A DNA stretch of 64,000 bases. Origin: Lobosporangium transversale. Its lineage: Eukaryota. Where the stretch lies: contig NW_019028979.1 in NCBI RefSeq assembly GCF_002105155.1, positions 1,054,001 through 1,118,000 on the forward strand, written 5' to 3'. The first letter of the stretch is position 1, and the number at the start of each line of letters is the position of its first letter. Shown one piece after another: positions 40,899 to 54,257 of this stretch. A model generated the notes under the pieces. It worked only from the letters and a program-made list of their open reading frames with translations, was not told where the DNA came from and did not search any database. Position numbers and translations under genes: made by a program.

Positions 40899-43800
40899 AA
40901 TTTAGGGTATAAAAAGAATTTGAGTTGTATGAATGAGTGTGTGGAGAGAACGAGCGCACAGAATGTGAGTAATAAGATAGTGTCAGAAAATTTAGTGCAA
41001 CTGTGAAAGAGGGAAGGGTATCAAGATCAACGTGGAATGCAAGGTGATAATTAGTATAAAGATGAGTGTGGAGAACAAGAAGATTGGATACAGATACAAG
41101 AAGAGACAAAAACAAGCAAATAAGAAAGAAAAAGAACAAACAAGATAAAAAGAAAAGAAAGAGGAAAAAGAAAAGGGAGCCACGCAACATGTTTTTGAAA
41201 GATCAGAGGCGAGTCCAATCAAAGCCAAGCTAATTTTTTGAAGAACGAGAGCATTAGACATTAGTACCAACTCATAAATATCATATTTACAAACAATCAG
41301 ACATCGACCAAAATAAAACGGATGCTTTTTTACATTATGTTTGCTTGTCTGGCAATGATCTCCCTACTCCAACCTCAGTGCTAATATTGAGCTCAGGTTT
41401 TGTGGAGAACACGATATCAAACTTTGCAATCGCGGGAATTGTAACCCATGTCCCTGAATAGCACTGTTTATTTTGTTATTATCAGTTTTAATAGCAAGGG
41501 TAGTCCTTGTCACAAAATAGAATTGAGATTCAAAGGGATGCCAAGCCGGCTGCTATCTCAGGAAAAAAAAATGAGATGACGATTCTAGGTTGCTCCACCA
41601 AATAAATGTGAGTTGTTTTTACGTACGTGCATTTGCATGCATGTTTTTTGTGAGACGCATCTGCTTTATCCTCGCCAAGAAGCAAATCATTTTGATGCCG
41701 ACTTTATTGATCGTGGTAAATGACGCTTTGTTTTTACGTGGCACACACATGGTCCTTTTAATTATTGCTCGCAATGTTTAGATCCTCAAGGCAAATTTAT
41801 TCGAAACCTGGCATGGCGAGAAAATGAGTGCCCGTAAAGTGTACTTTTACCCCTCTTTCTTCAGTCGGCATCAGTAGAAGTGAGAGAAGGCCATTTATGA
41901 TAGTGAAAGAGGTAGTTTCCTCCCCTTTCATGACCAGAAAGGTGGTTTACTCGCAAACGCCCATTTGTGGCTTTTTTTTTTTGAGTTGAGTTGAATCAGG
42001 GGCATCCCAACGGACGGAGAAAAGAAAGAAATTCCCATCCCCATCCTCAATTCGTGTGTATTTCATGCCAAAAACTACCACCTCCCTCTTTTATGCTGCT
42101 AGTCAGAGAACCTGCTATTACAAGGCGAGGGCACCTTTCTCATTGTTCTGATGCTGCTTGTTGCTTGACTGCCCGTTCTTTCAGTGTAATTTTTGTTAGA
42201 TTAAACCGAGTCTTCACATGCTAATGAATTAAACCAGCCTAAAGTCCCTTGTTTGTTGGATTTACATCAAACAAGGAAGAAGGACAGATGGTCACACAAG
42301 GACCTCGCATCAGATTTATGTGTCTATTTCTTGCATTGCCTACTCATTGGATCGATTAATATGAATACGAAGGTCACGCTGTCATTGCGGCTCAAACAAA
42401 CAACAAACAAATGCAATTTTTGTACTAAAAAGTGGATACGACAAATGAATATCCGAGATATACCAAATGCAGAAAGCATATCAATAAGCAACTATAATCC
42501 TAATCTGGCTCCACAGGCGTGGGAGAAACTAACTTTCCATCCTACATCTTAGCTCTTCTAGCTGTGCAATGTTTAATTGAGAGACTGATGAATATGTTTA
42601 TGGAGCCTCATATATATATAATATTTATATAGCTGGCTTCACTTCATATTTTTGGATAGCCTCGAATGTATTAGGAGCCAGTAAGTTTGGAAAACATATG
42701 GGACCAAACCTGGATATATTTCTATAAATATTTTAATTTTCTTATTGACTCCAAATAAGGCTAGGACTAAACTAACTTCAGCGCCTTCATCCTGTTTGAT
42801 TGTGGAGTTTCTATTGATGTGGAGAAGAGATGCCAGAGCCAAGAACCGCTTTATAAAAGTACAACCATAATGTAAAGTTCTCTTTTTTAACATTATTTTC
42901 ACCGAGACTGGAACCAATAATGTTATAAAGACAGCACAATGCTTCGTGGGTATCTCCTGAGTCTTCGTCTAATATTTCAGACCTTTTGCATCAGGTGCAA
43001 TTTGGTTTGCCATTGACAAGAAAACGCGATCACGAATAAAAATGTAACCGATGCTCAACAATAAAAAAGGAAATAAAATGTAAAAAAAAACTCCGAGCCG
43101 AGCATAGACGCGCAGATGAGAATGAACCGACGCATGGACAGGCATGTGTACATGTATAAACGGTTTTCATTAACATATATTTATATATAATACATATACA
43201 TGTATATTTACATTTATTTGTTATTGTGACAAATGCATAGGCACAGACAAACAAGAGCGCCCACAATTGACTACGAAAATAAGATCGGTGTCCTGACAGT
43301 GAATCCGGAAATAAGCCAATGATTTAGGTGGTAGCGCTGGCAATAGAAGTAAGCATGATCTAAGAAACCAATTTAACATTTACTGCAATGCGATTGATCA
43401 ACGCACAAGTCAGTCAATCAAAAAACACCATTTCCTAGACTTGGAGCTTAGATAGCGTGTCATTTTTGCCATTCGCTCTCCAACAACTACGGAAATAGAG
43501 TAAGGTTCTTCCAACTGCAATAAATCCGGGGATACCAATAGTTAAGAACGGAAATGCATAGCATTAGGCTTTAGATATAAAACCATGCCAGTCTGGCCTC
43601 CCTTAATGGCGCACGATGTAGCAAAGTGCTAGGGGGAAATGACTCCTTTGCCTGTAGCAAGAACAATGACTTAAAGGCAGAGAAGTATGTCGTTCTTGAC
43701 ATACTTCATTGTTTTAGCGATAGGAGCCTTCTACATCTTGATCTTTCAGGGCCTTTCCTTGTTCAAGTGAATAGGGGCCATCTCCCCTTCCTCACACGTT

Positions 43801-46208
43801 CCTTTTATAAACCCAACTTCTCAATCATAATATGAAGCATACCAGCATTGATGATGCTTGTAAGGTGATGAGTAACAATGATAGGATGCCCAGCTGCTGT
43901 TTGGATAATATGCTTGGACTATGCGGCCAGACGAAAGTCGTTGCGCTCAGGAACAGGATGCAATGACCCTTTATTAGTGTAGCGTGATAGCAATATGCCA
44001 TTTTTCACTCTCAGGAAGCGTGGGCCCCTCTCATCCACCATATTGCTGTGCTTTTTGGAAAGCAGTGAGATGAAGCCCTGAGCACTAAACAACTGACAAA
44101 TGTTCTCAAACTCTTCATCGATTGGTGCGGGCTGCCCCTTATGAATGTTATACGCAGTTCTGCTGGATCATTACATTGAATAGAATAGAATAATCCCCTG
44201 GGGAATACGATCGATTGTTTCACAAAGATGACAGACGTTGGTATCTTTGAGAGCATAGTCACCTAAAGCAATGGAGCCAACAACTTAGTCGTAAAACACT
44301 CGATAAGGCCAACAGTTGTGGATTTACCGCTACCGGAGTGACCGACAAGGCTAGCTTTCTGCCCTCGATATCCGCCTGATTAAGGATATGTACATCTAAA
44401 CGTGTTGAGCAAGGTATTTTGTATAATATTTTGGTCATTGAAACCACCTCGAGTTACTTTTTTGAGACTCGATGATACAATATCAGGAGCGCAATCAATG
44501 CCGTGCAAACAACAGCCCGAGCGTTAATGTTGGCGGAAATGCTTCCGGTGCAGAATGCATCTGTGATCAAGCGGAACAATATTGTCAAAATATCGTCCGA
44601 CCCCATGTCGTTCTCCTGGCTTTTCAATGTCGACAGTATAAGATAGGGCGCTACAGTCATTTCCATGGATGCTGTAGTTCGCGCTATCCCTTGCACTGTT
44701 AGGAATGGAGCAAGAGTCAGTATGAGGTGAAAAAAAAAAAAAAACATTAACAAGTTAGAAATTTCCATATCAACTATGGCTCTTTTGTATGAAGACTGCC
44801 ATGTCTTGTTATCATTACTATTATCATTATTCGCCTCAACGTCAAACAAATACGATAATGCCATCTGTCGATGTTTCTACAGGTATGGAGCAATCTCTAC
44901 ATTTTACTTCTGCAAAAAACGGTTCGCTGGGCAAGAAATCAGCGACTGTTATTTATTTATGTTTGTGAGTAGAGCATAGTCCTGTACACAGCAGCGCACA
45001 TGTATTATTAATGAAGGTGGTAGCCTTACTCACCATTAAAGAAGGCTATAAAAAGCCAAATTAACAACTGATTTAGATAGAAACCAACTTATCTTACTGC
45101 ATACCTCTTTAGTATAGGCCTGTGTACTGTACAAGGCTTCCATAAAAAAGGGGTCCAAGGAGCCGATTACTACGTCTTTTATGTCATTGCAAACGTAAAA
45201 TTATCCTCAAAATAGTAAACGTGCCAAAATGTTCTGCCCGTCAAAGATCATCCCTTATTTACGGGAAAAAGGTATCAGCGGCATGCCGCCTTAATGAGAA
45301 GTGCTTATATCCAAACCCATGGACAAAAAAAAAAAAAAAAAAGCGGGAAAAACGAGGGGAAGAGGTTGATTTAATGATATTAAGGACCCATTAACAGGCT
45401 TGAGCATCGCAATGAAAAAACGACCATTTGTTATAAAAATAAACAGCGAGAAAGTCTTTTATTTGTTGTAGACTTGGGATTTGGTCCCTGTCTCCTTTCT
45501 ATCTAGATATTTGCATGTATTGAAGACTTTGACAGCCCCACACGTACGGTGATCTTTTAAGCTACACCAGTAAAGAGTTCAAGGAGGTTGAGTTCGAACA
45601 CTGGACCAAAAAGGGGTTGGACAAGTGGACAGGCAGGCACAGAGTTGGGGGAGATAAAATGAAGGGCGTAACAAGGGGTCATTTCCTTTAAGATCAGACG
45701 TAAAGAATGAAATCAAGGAAGATCACCTACAAGCATTGGCCAAACTAGATAGGCTGCGGCCCTTGCCATTAGAGTAATCAACTTCATTAGTAAAGAAGAT
45801 AAGGTATCTTTTTAAGGTAAACGACTGGTTACGGGTATGCTTCAGGAAGAGAAAAGGAGAAAGGAACGGCTGCTAGCAGGGCTTTATACATCTTTTCGGA
45901 AGCAAGGAAAGGCTAAAAAGATCCCATCCAGTCCTTGACGGAATCAGGCAGCCCTATGGCACATACCATATGATATTCGTAGTAGGGCTGCTCTTGCCGG
46001 TTCCTTAAAAGCTCTTTGTCATCCTAGCTCGTCTTTTTCTTCTCTCTTTCATCCTTACCAGTCTTTCTTTTTCGAAAACTAAAAAAACTTCTGCATCCAA
46101 CGCTTTCTTGAACTGTCCTATTTCATTCGCAGCAGTTCAGAGAAACAAGCTCTTCCTCGCAATCCACTTTCCTCTTCGCTTGTTTCCGTCTCAATCACTA
46201 ACTACCCG

Positions 46209-49200
46209 ATGTGGTTTAGGCACATCTACACATTAGTCAAGGCAGCAGTTCTAGTGACCATTGTAGGTGCATATACGCGCAATGGATTCGATTCCCCTTC
46301 ACTCTTTGCTGCAGGCAAGTCACTACATTAAATACATCATGTCATACACCTTTGTAAGATTTGTAGGCTGGGCGCAGCTCCATCCTTTCCTTCTTCCCAT
46401 CATCTATTACCGCTGTGCTTTAATGTGTTTTTAATCATACTAGCGATATTCTTAATCAAGCATAGATCAACACCATGATCTACATCTTTCCGCTCCAGCA
46501 TTACCATTAGCACCACTATCGGCATCGTATCTTACCAAGCGCTGGCATCCAGAGCCACCACCAGTGCTTCAACGTCCTTGTTTGGTGATAGATAAGATCC
46601 ATGGTCGCGCATATATGATTGGCTACGACTCTAAAGATAGACTCGTTTTCAACTTTATGGACTCGACTGAAGCCTGTGATAGCAATAAGCAGGAACGGTA
46701 CAAAAGCGAGGAAACAGGAGACGGTAGTAAGGGATGGCAAAAGGAGGAGCCGCTCGATTGGCAACACGCTCAGTGGATCTCTCTCCCCTTTCCAGGAGGT
46801 GCTGTCCATCGTGGGCGTCGTTTTGATACTGGGCACTGCTTTTTAAGTAGCGATCATAAATTCATGGTGCCATCCTATGAACCGAAGGTGAAGGTGGGTT
46901 TTCAGTATGGGATCATGGTCGTCGGACGTGGACCCACATTCGGATCAATCGACCCTGCACATACCATGAAGAAGAGTATGAGAAAGGAGGCAAGATGAGG
47001 ATGAAGGAGGATACCAAAAGGATTAAATTTGAGCGCCCTGCTCGAATGATTGTTGTGTATCAATCCTATCGCGAGCATGCAACACATCGTCACCGTAGTA
47101 CAAACCACCTTGATGGTGACAACAACGACCAAGAAGCACTGGACACAATTGTAGCCCAATGGGAAGACCGGCATGGACGTCATCACCTTACTGGCGTCCA
47201 GCTTGTGAACCACATGGTCTACTCATGTCATGATATCAAGATTGGGCAAGTTTGTGTGTTCTTTAAATGTATTCTTCCTCTGTTAATGAATTTTTTACTT
47301 ACTCCCATTCCTTTCTTCCCCTTTTTCGAATGTATTGCCTCTGACCAACTTAGAAAAGGTACTCTTCCTCCAAACATCACACTCGTGGCCTCGCCCAACA
47401 ACCCTTATCACTATACATTCCATAATGCCCCCAAGAAATACAAGAATGAAGGTGATCATGGCAGCCCCTGTGGAAATACAGCACTATTTCTCTTCGGCCC
47501 CCAAGGCTCGGGTTGGTTCAACATCTCCATCGCTGATCGTCCCAACCCGAGACCTATTGACATCATTTACAGACAGCATAATGTTGATAAAGCTATCAAG
47601 GATGGTTTTCACCCTCTGCCTGATATCCATATTGAAAATCCACGGGCAGTTTACTATGACGATCAGCTCTGGATCTTTGGAAAGGTAAAAAGAATAAACA
47701 GCAAGGTCAAGAAGCAGTTACAATTCAAGCTTCCTTTGAGATAGAAAGCAAATGAACTAACCTTACTCATTATCTCCAAACCTTGGTAGAATCATCGCGG
47801 CGTAGGTGTCTAGAGCATTGATGTCTCGGGATCATCTAGAAAAGACTATGAGATCATAGTCCGGCCCCAAGGAGGGCCTATTCCTGGCAGTTTGACCTGT
47901 GCATTATTTATGGTGGATGCGACCGAGCCGAGAATTGCAGTACTAACCTGCGTCCTGGCGAGCGAGGCCGAATTCAAAGCGTCGCCCCTGTCTCCATTTA
48001 CAGGCCAGGTATCCACGACAGCGGTGATAACAACAATGCGAATAAGAGTGAGAATCATGGAGGTACTAGCCATACCGGACCAGATGATAGCTTAAACAGT
48101 GGTGGGGACTCCGACAGTTCAGGTTCAGGCGATTCTGGCAGTTCTGGCGGCTCGAATGGCACTAGCAATTCAGACAGCTCAAATTCAAATGCCTCTAGCA
48201 ACCCTGACGATTCAAATAATTCTGATAACCCTAGTTCAGGTGATTCTAGTAACTCTGGCACAGGTGGTTCTGACAACTCTGGTTCTGGCGGCTCGGACAG
48301 CTTGGGTTCAAATAACTCTGGTAACTTTGAAGGCTTAGATGAGGCTGGTAACTCGGGGTCTGGTGACTCAGGGTCTGGTGACTCAGGCGTGCCGGCTGAT
48401 TCTAGTTCATGGACTCCAGACTCAGGTGTCCCCGCGGGTACCGCCTCTGAAGGCGTACCCGATGTTCTCGACCCCAACGACCCATACCCGAACCCTGATA
48501 CATCAGGCCAAGTCTTAGTTGGAGTTACATCTATCCCAATGAACACAGCGAGCGTTACAACTAGTGATACTTCTGTACCCTCAGTTAATGGCTTTCCAAA
48601 TAACGTTGCCAAGAATAGCGATGATGGTTCGAAAAATCATATAGATATCATTATTGGCAGTGTACTTGTATCCCTAGCCTTAATTACGCTTGTTGCTCTC
48701 ATCTTTTTTGTAGGCAGGAAGCGCCGTTCAAATGATAGTGAGCTAGGGGAGGCGGGCTCTGGGGCAGACCAAAGCATAAATGGCGCTGGGATCTTTAGCT
48801 CAGAGAGGTATGTCGGCAGCGCGCATACACAACCCAAGCAGCCCACTGGAATCAATGACATGCCGGATTTGGCGCCAGTTACTCCTAGTATCGGCGATAT
48901 AGGCCTCTATGGGCTCCCTGGCCTTGATGGTCCTTCGGGCACTACGCGCCCTGTCGCAACCGTTAACAGACACAAACGCAAGGGATCAGTTAACGTACAC
49001 CATGAGCCTAGTGATGTCGCTTTTTTTGAGCCCTCTACAGAGTCTGATAGTATTCCATTGTTAAGGTCCTTGCAAACCTCTAGCCCAAAGCCCTTAGTAG
49101 GTGGCGGAGACCACAGTTTACCGCACCAAGCAAGCCATACACTGTCCGCAATGGTACCTATCACTACGACTGGTCCAAAGGCTGAAGTACAAAATTATTC

Positions 49201-50848
49201 GTCAAATACAAGCAAAGGAGACCTTGCTGTTCGAGCCATTGGGGCGGTTTCAGGAGCAGGCGTCGCAGCACTGGTGATCCGCCAGCATAGTGAAGGACTC
49301 CGCACACAAGTTGAAGGATTTTCATCGACAACAACAATGCTCACCCAAGATGAGACGCAAGAAGTCCTCTCTGGCCGTGATATGATTGAAAGCTCGTTGA
49401 AACACACAAATACAAACACGATCGCCTTGGAGTCGTCTTTAGTCATTCACCAAGATAAAGTCAAATGCGCTTCATCCCCTGAGTCAGTCCCACGGATCAC
49501 CGACGGCAAAACGGCTACAATTTCTGAAGGCATGGGTCGTAAAGAGCCCAGTATCCACAAGACCCAAATCACACTTAAGCTCAGTATCGTGTGCTATGAA
49601 CGCTCCGATGCTGCTCAGGCAACACCCCATGCAAAGCCAGGCACTCTGCTCTTCTCCCAGATGGAGATGCTTGGGAATACACCTGAAATTAACACTCTAG
49701 GTTCCGCATTCTCGCATGTTCGTGACATATCGAAGACCACTAACCAAGCGGCTTCTGGCCCTAGTGGGATAGTCCTCAGCATTGAGTCAGAGTCCCACAG
49801 GCGCTCTCTGAAGTGGATGAAGAATGAGTCCCAATGGAAGCGTGAGGCAGGCATGCTGCAGTATTTGAAGTCAGATCAGTACATCGCAGAGCTTTTCACG
49901 CTCAATTCCTTGCCAGCGTTTGCCGAGTATCGCTATGTGTCAGTTATGGGTCCGTTCAACTATACACTTGAGTCTTACATCAAAAGCCGTAAGGGTGTTC
50001 ACGCCATGCACCGGCCTCCTGCTGCACCAAAATACACTCTAGCTCAACAAGGGCCACTCACTTTGATAGAAATCAAAGCGATGACAGACAGTATTGCATC
50101 GGCCATCAGACGGTGCCATGACCATCACATTGTCCATCTTAGCCTTACGCCGGCGAGCGTATATTTGCAAGATGCTTATGAATCTTACGGTCAAGGATAC
50201 ACCTCTAGCCACCCATCCTATCCAAACAAATCTGTCTGGGAAAATAAGAACGTGTCTCAGATTCAACAACGATGGAAACTGTGGAATTTTAGTCATACTC
50301 GATTTGTAGGTGAAGCAGTGGATCTCAATATGGAGATGACCCCATATACCGCACCAGAGATTCTGGTAGCTAGTCATCACTACAAGAAGCATTTGGCGGT
50401 GATAACGGCTATTAATAATAAGAGCCCGAACGAAGGCACTACAATTACAACTATGACAAAGGGTAAAGTAACCAAGACGACAACAACCGACACAACCAAG
50501 CCCATCACGAGCCATGATACTGAAAAGTTAATAGCGAATGCAATGATGGATATGTGGTCTCTTGGACAGATCGTATATGAAATGCATACAACTCAGTCCA
50601 TGTTCATGACACATGAAGATGCTCTTGAGAAGCTGTCGTCCGTATTAGAAAGGCGTGATGAGGATGGTGATTTGGACAAAGTCAATGCGCACAGCAAGAT
50701 CAGACAGCAGCTGGAAGACCAGATTCAAAAGATAGAGCGGATCCCAGACCACGGTGCACGCGAAGTGATCAAGGGGTTGTTGGAGATGCAACATAAACGC
50801 CGGTTGGATCACGATGAAATCCGTGAATTATATTTGAACATTAAATAA
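46209..50848 (+). pseudogene. Receptor-like pseudokinase gene (signal peptide, Kelch-like ectodomain, Ser/Gly/Asp stalk, single TM, kinase-fold domain), disrupted in its 5' half
   Basis: Proposed exons 46209-46314, 46466-47245, 47354-47684 and 47790-50848. N-terminus MWFRHIYTLVKAAVLVTIVGA; TM IIIGSVLVSLALITLVALIFFVG followed by RKRR; kinase-like LKW, WKREAGML, IVHLSLTPASV, WKLWNFS, YTAPEIL and DMWSLGQIVYEM. Lesions: frameshift ~46882, TAG 47811-47813, frameshift ~47902. The frame is open from 47903 to 50848. Confidence 0.75.
48100..48425 (+). repeat. Ser/Gly/Asp/Asn low-complexity coding repeat (stalk)
   Basis: Reads GGDSDSSGSGDSGSSGGSNGTSNSDSSNS...GSGDSGSGDSG and includes a tandem gggtctggtgactca unit at about 48356-48385. 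Confidence 0.8.
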
Positions 50849-51747
50849 GTCAAGCACAAATCATCTTAATAGTAGAATAGACAATTATTAACTTTATTAT
50901 GAACTAGAATGTCTAGCGAAAGGGGGCTGGTTCCTGACTTTAATAATCGTTGACACCATCTCAATTGGAAAGAGCAGAGCAGCTCAACAAAGCAGACAAA
51001 GCGAATCACTCCACTCTTCACTCCACTCCTCACTCCATTCAAAAGATACTCCGCGCCAATCATGCAACCTTATTAAGGTAGAGATCGTTAGTATACACAT
51101 GTATCTATACAGATTTCATGGTGTCTTCTTTTACAAAACAAGCTGTTCAGTCCAAATGAGCACAGACAGTCTAATGTTCAACAAACATACCAGACGAAAT
51201 GGAAAGACGTTGTACTTTTTTTTTCATAATCCACATAGTGATCTCAATGAGATACAATTGCATCTTTCACGCTCCTGATACTCGAGTTGAACCATCAACA
51301 GCAATATTCTTATGAATTCGCCAAGGTCAGCAAGACTATGATATGGTGAGTAAAACCCATATTTTGCTATAATACTTGAATGACAAGACGACCCAGCGAT
51401 TCTGGATCCAGGTTGAAAAAAGCAAAAAAAAATGAAAGGGAAGGTTGAATAGCAACTGAATGCTATTCGACAGGCGTTAGTTTTAATCAAGACAATGTTA
51501 GGAGCATGCCAAAGCGATGCTCAATTTGCACTTTATCTGTCTCTGTCCATGCCGGTCAACCAGTTAGAAGGAGAGCAGACATGTTAACGCTTGCTATGCT
51601 AAGCAAAATGACTTGTTGCGCTCTTTTTTTATCAATCACGGTAGCTCTTCTTTTCCTCACCTCTTTTCCTTCTTTCCTTCTTGTTTTTCATCTCATTCTT
51701 CTTCATTAACATTTCTTAATTTGCTTTTCATTACAGCTTCATTCAAC

Positions 51748-53824
51748 ATGGAGGAGAAAAAGAAATCCGCTTTCGGAAAGGCGTTTGCTCGCACATTTAG
51801 TCGTAAAGAAAAATCACCTACAACAGTTCCTGCAGCCCCTTCTGTTCCTGCAGTTGCTCCTGCTCCAACTACAACTCCGGTTGCCCCTAACTCATCAAAT
51901 CCAATTGATCCACAAGAAAACGTGACCCTCTCGTCTTCTCCTGCCACCAATGCTGTTAACTCTGCTTCACCCATTTCCGTTGCGACGCCCAATCCGGTGA
52001 CTATCTCGCCTCCCGACTCGGCCAACGTCTCTCGGGTGGCCTCTCCAACCCATGATGACTCGCCAAAATCGCCCCAGAATCACTCACTACACTTGCGTGA
52101 AGGCACTGCAATGTCAAATGCGAGCTCTACTAGCCGTCATGGTCTTGCTGGTGAGGAAGGCGAGGGCCTTAATCCTGCAGACATTCTTTTAAATCGTCTC
52201 ACAGCCTTCAAGGACGTCATCAAGAACCTGCAGCACTATTTTGAAGAAGTGGTCGAGGTCGAGACTAACGTCAGCAAGGCTATGAACAAGGCTTCAGGTG
52301 TGATTACTGTTCCTTTCAAAGATGGACAGCAGTTCTTGGGCAAGGGCGGCCTTCAGGATGTGTGCACAGGCCTGAGAGACTCTGCGAAGACCAGGAGTGA
52401 CCAGCACGCCAGTGCTGCTCGCTTTGTGGACGAGACCATTGTCAAAAATTTGCGTCGACTCAAGCAGGATATCAAAGGCAGGATCAAGGCGCTCAAGACC
52501 GACTCTAACTTGTACAACAACAAAGTATTCAAAGAGCGTGAGCTTACTCAGGAGAAGGTCGCTGCTTTAGCCAAGGCTATCGGTCTCTTTGATATGTCTG
52601 GCCAGCATCAATCCGACATGGAAAAGGTGCAATCCGACCCTTATGTTATCAATCTTGGTGGGTATTGTTTATATGGTTTCTTTATGGGACTCTTGTACCT
52701 ATTCACTCGATGGCCGCTATTAAATGCTTATCATTTGATTTAGCGCTAATCTTGTTCTTTATTCTGTATAAAAAAGCATTGAAGTGCCAGCTGGCCAAGC
52801 AGGTCCATGAAGAAAATCTTTTTGCGCGTGCATTGAAGCAGTGCCAGGATGAGATCAAAACCTTTGAGGCTCATATCATTAAGGAGGTTAAGCAGATCTT
52901 AGCCTCGTTTGCCGAATACCAGCTCAATAACGCTACGAATACCTTCAGTCAGTCCTGGGCCCCCACCCAGCTTGCCTTAAACATGCTGCAGGAGGATAGT
53001 GAATGGAGTAACTTTGTGGAAAAGTATGGCCATCGTCTCTTTCCTTCAGATCTCGTTGATGCTAATCCTGACGATTTGGACTATCCATGCAAAGATAACC
53101 CTTATGTTATCCCTGTCAAGACAGCTCATCTTAGTCGCCAATCCTCAGTGCTCAAGAGTTGGAAGGAGGGATATTTTGTCCTCACGCTCTCAGGGTGGCT
53201 CCATGTCTTTGGATCAGCAGATCGTGAGAAAGATTCTGTTCCTGACCACTCCATATATATCCCTACCGCCACCTTGGGACCCCATACTGAGGCTGGTCAG
53301 AAGCAGCATAGCTTCTCATTAGAAGGGAAGGGTAAGGGTGGCCTCTTGCACCGTGATGCTCAGACTTTCACGTAAGTATTATTTTTATCACATTTCAATG
53401 TTTGCAACTTTTTCTTCAATATCCTAATGTCTTTGTTTGTTTCTACGCTTGCATACATGTTACCTTTCATTTCGTTGCGTTTAGCCTTCGTGCCCACTCA
53501 AGAGAAGAAATGTTGGAATGGTGGAGCGAGATTTCAAAGCGAGCTCACTCATCAACATTCACCCAGCCTGGCGATGGTAGCTTGGACCCCATTTCGCGGT
53601 CAGGTTCCGTTGTGAGATCATCATCTGTCGTCCAGTCCAAGGTTGCAGATCATCCACAAGGGCCTTCTCCTCCATATGCGGCTAACGAACATCACACCAT
53701 CGATGGGAAGGCTACATCTCCCGTTGTTTCTCCTGCTGCTACTTCTGAAGTAGCTGCTTCGCCAGTGCTTGCTCAGCATGTGGCTGCTCCAGCCCCTACC
53801 TCCACTCCAGCTCCAGCTCAATAA
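51748..53824 (+). CDS. Slm1/Slm2-like BAR-PH domain protein
   Basis: Exons 51748-52657, 52777-53371 and 53485-53824. PADILLNRLTAFKDVIKNLQHYFEEV, a helical BAR-like region with SDPYVIN, and a PH domain LSRQSSVLKSWKEGYFVLTLSGWLHVF...FTLRAHSREEMLEWW. Confidence 0.88.
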
Positions 53825-54069
53825 TTAGCGGTGGATGAAAGGGCTTGCTCGCGAATTAAATAATTATTAATAAACAATCTGCGTCACAGAAGGGCGAAGC
53901 GTTTGGATAAATTAAGGCATTAAAGCCTCCTTTTCATTCTTTGGCTTTACATTTGTTAATGTCATTGTCAAGTTGTCAGTCATTGTTCTCATTCTTTCGC
54001 CCATCTCATCATTTCACTCGTCCACTCCCACATATACACACGTTCTCTTCTCTCTCCCTCGTCCCTCGT

Positions 54070-54105
<36 letters not shown>

Positions 54106-54257
54106 TAAAAATACAATTACCTCTACAATCATCATTATTTTTGGTCAGTACCGGATAAAAGCAAAGTACAAAGTGTTCCAGCATCTCAGTGTTCTTTTTC
54201 TTATCTTTCGACCTTTTGAATTTATTATAGAGCTGGAACTAGATCTGTGACTCTGCA

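Noticed and set aside
43820..44870. Possible decayed cation/H+ antiporter (CPA2-like) relic on the minus strand (TTASMEMT..., DDILTILFRLI, ERNDFRLAA)
   Set aside because: The resemblance is faint and broken by many stops, so I cannot support it by eye. A translated search (BLASTx or frameshift-aware HMM against Na_H_Exchanger) would decide.
47811..47813. TAG at a likely Trp codon, which might suggest A-to-I stop-codon restoration (also TAG 5165; TGA 34749 as possible recoding)
   Set aside because: Each lies in a gene that also has frameshifts, so ordinary G-to-A decay is the simpler explanation.
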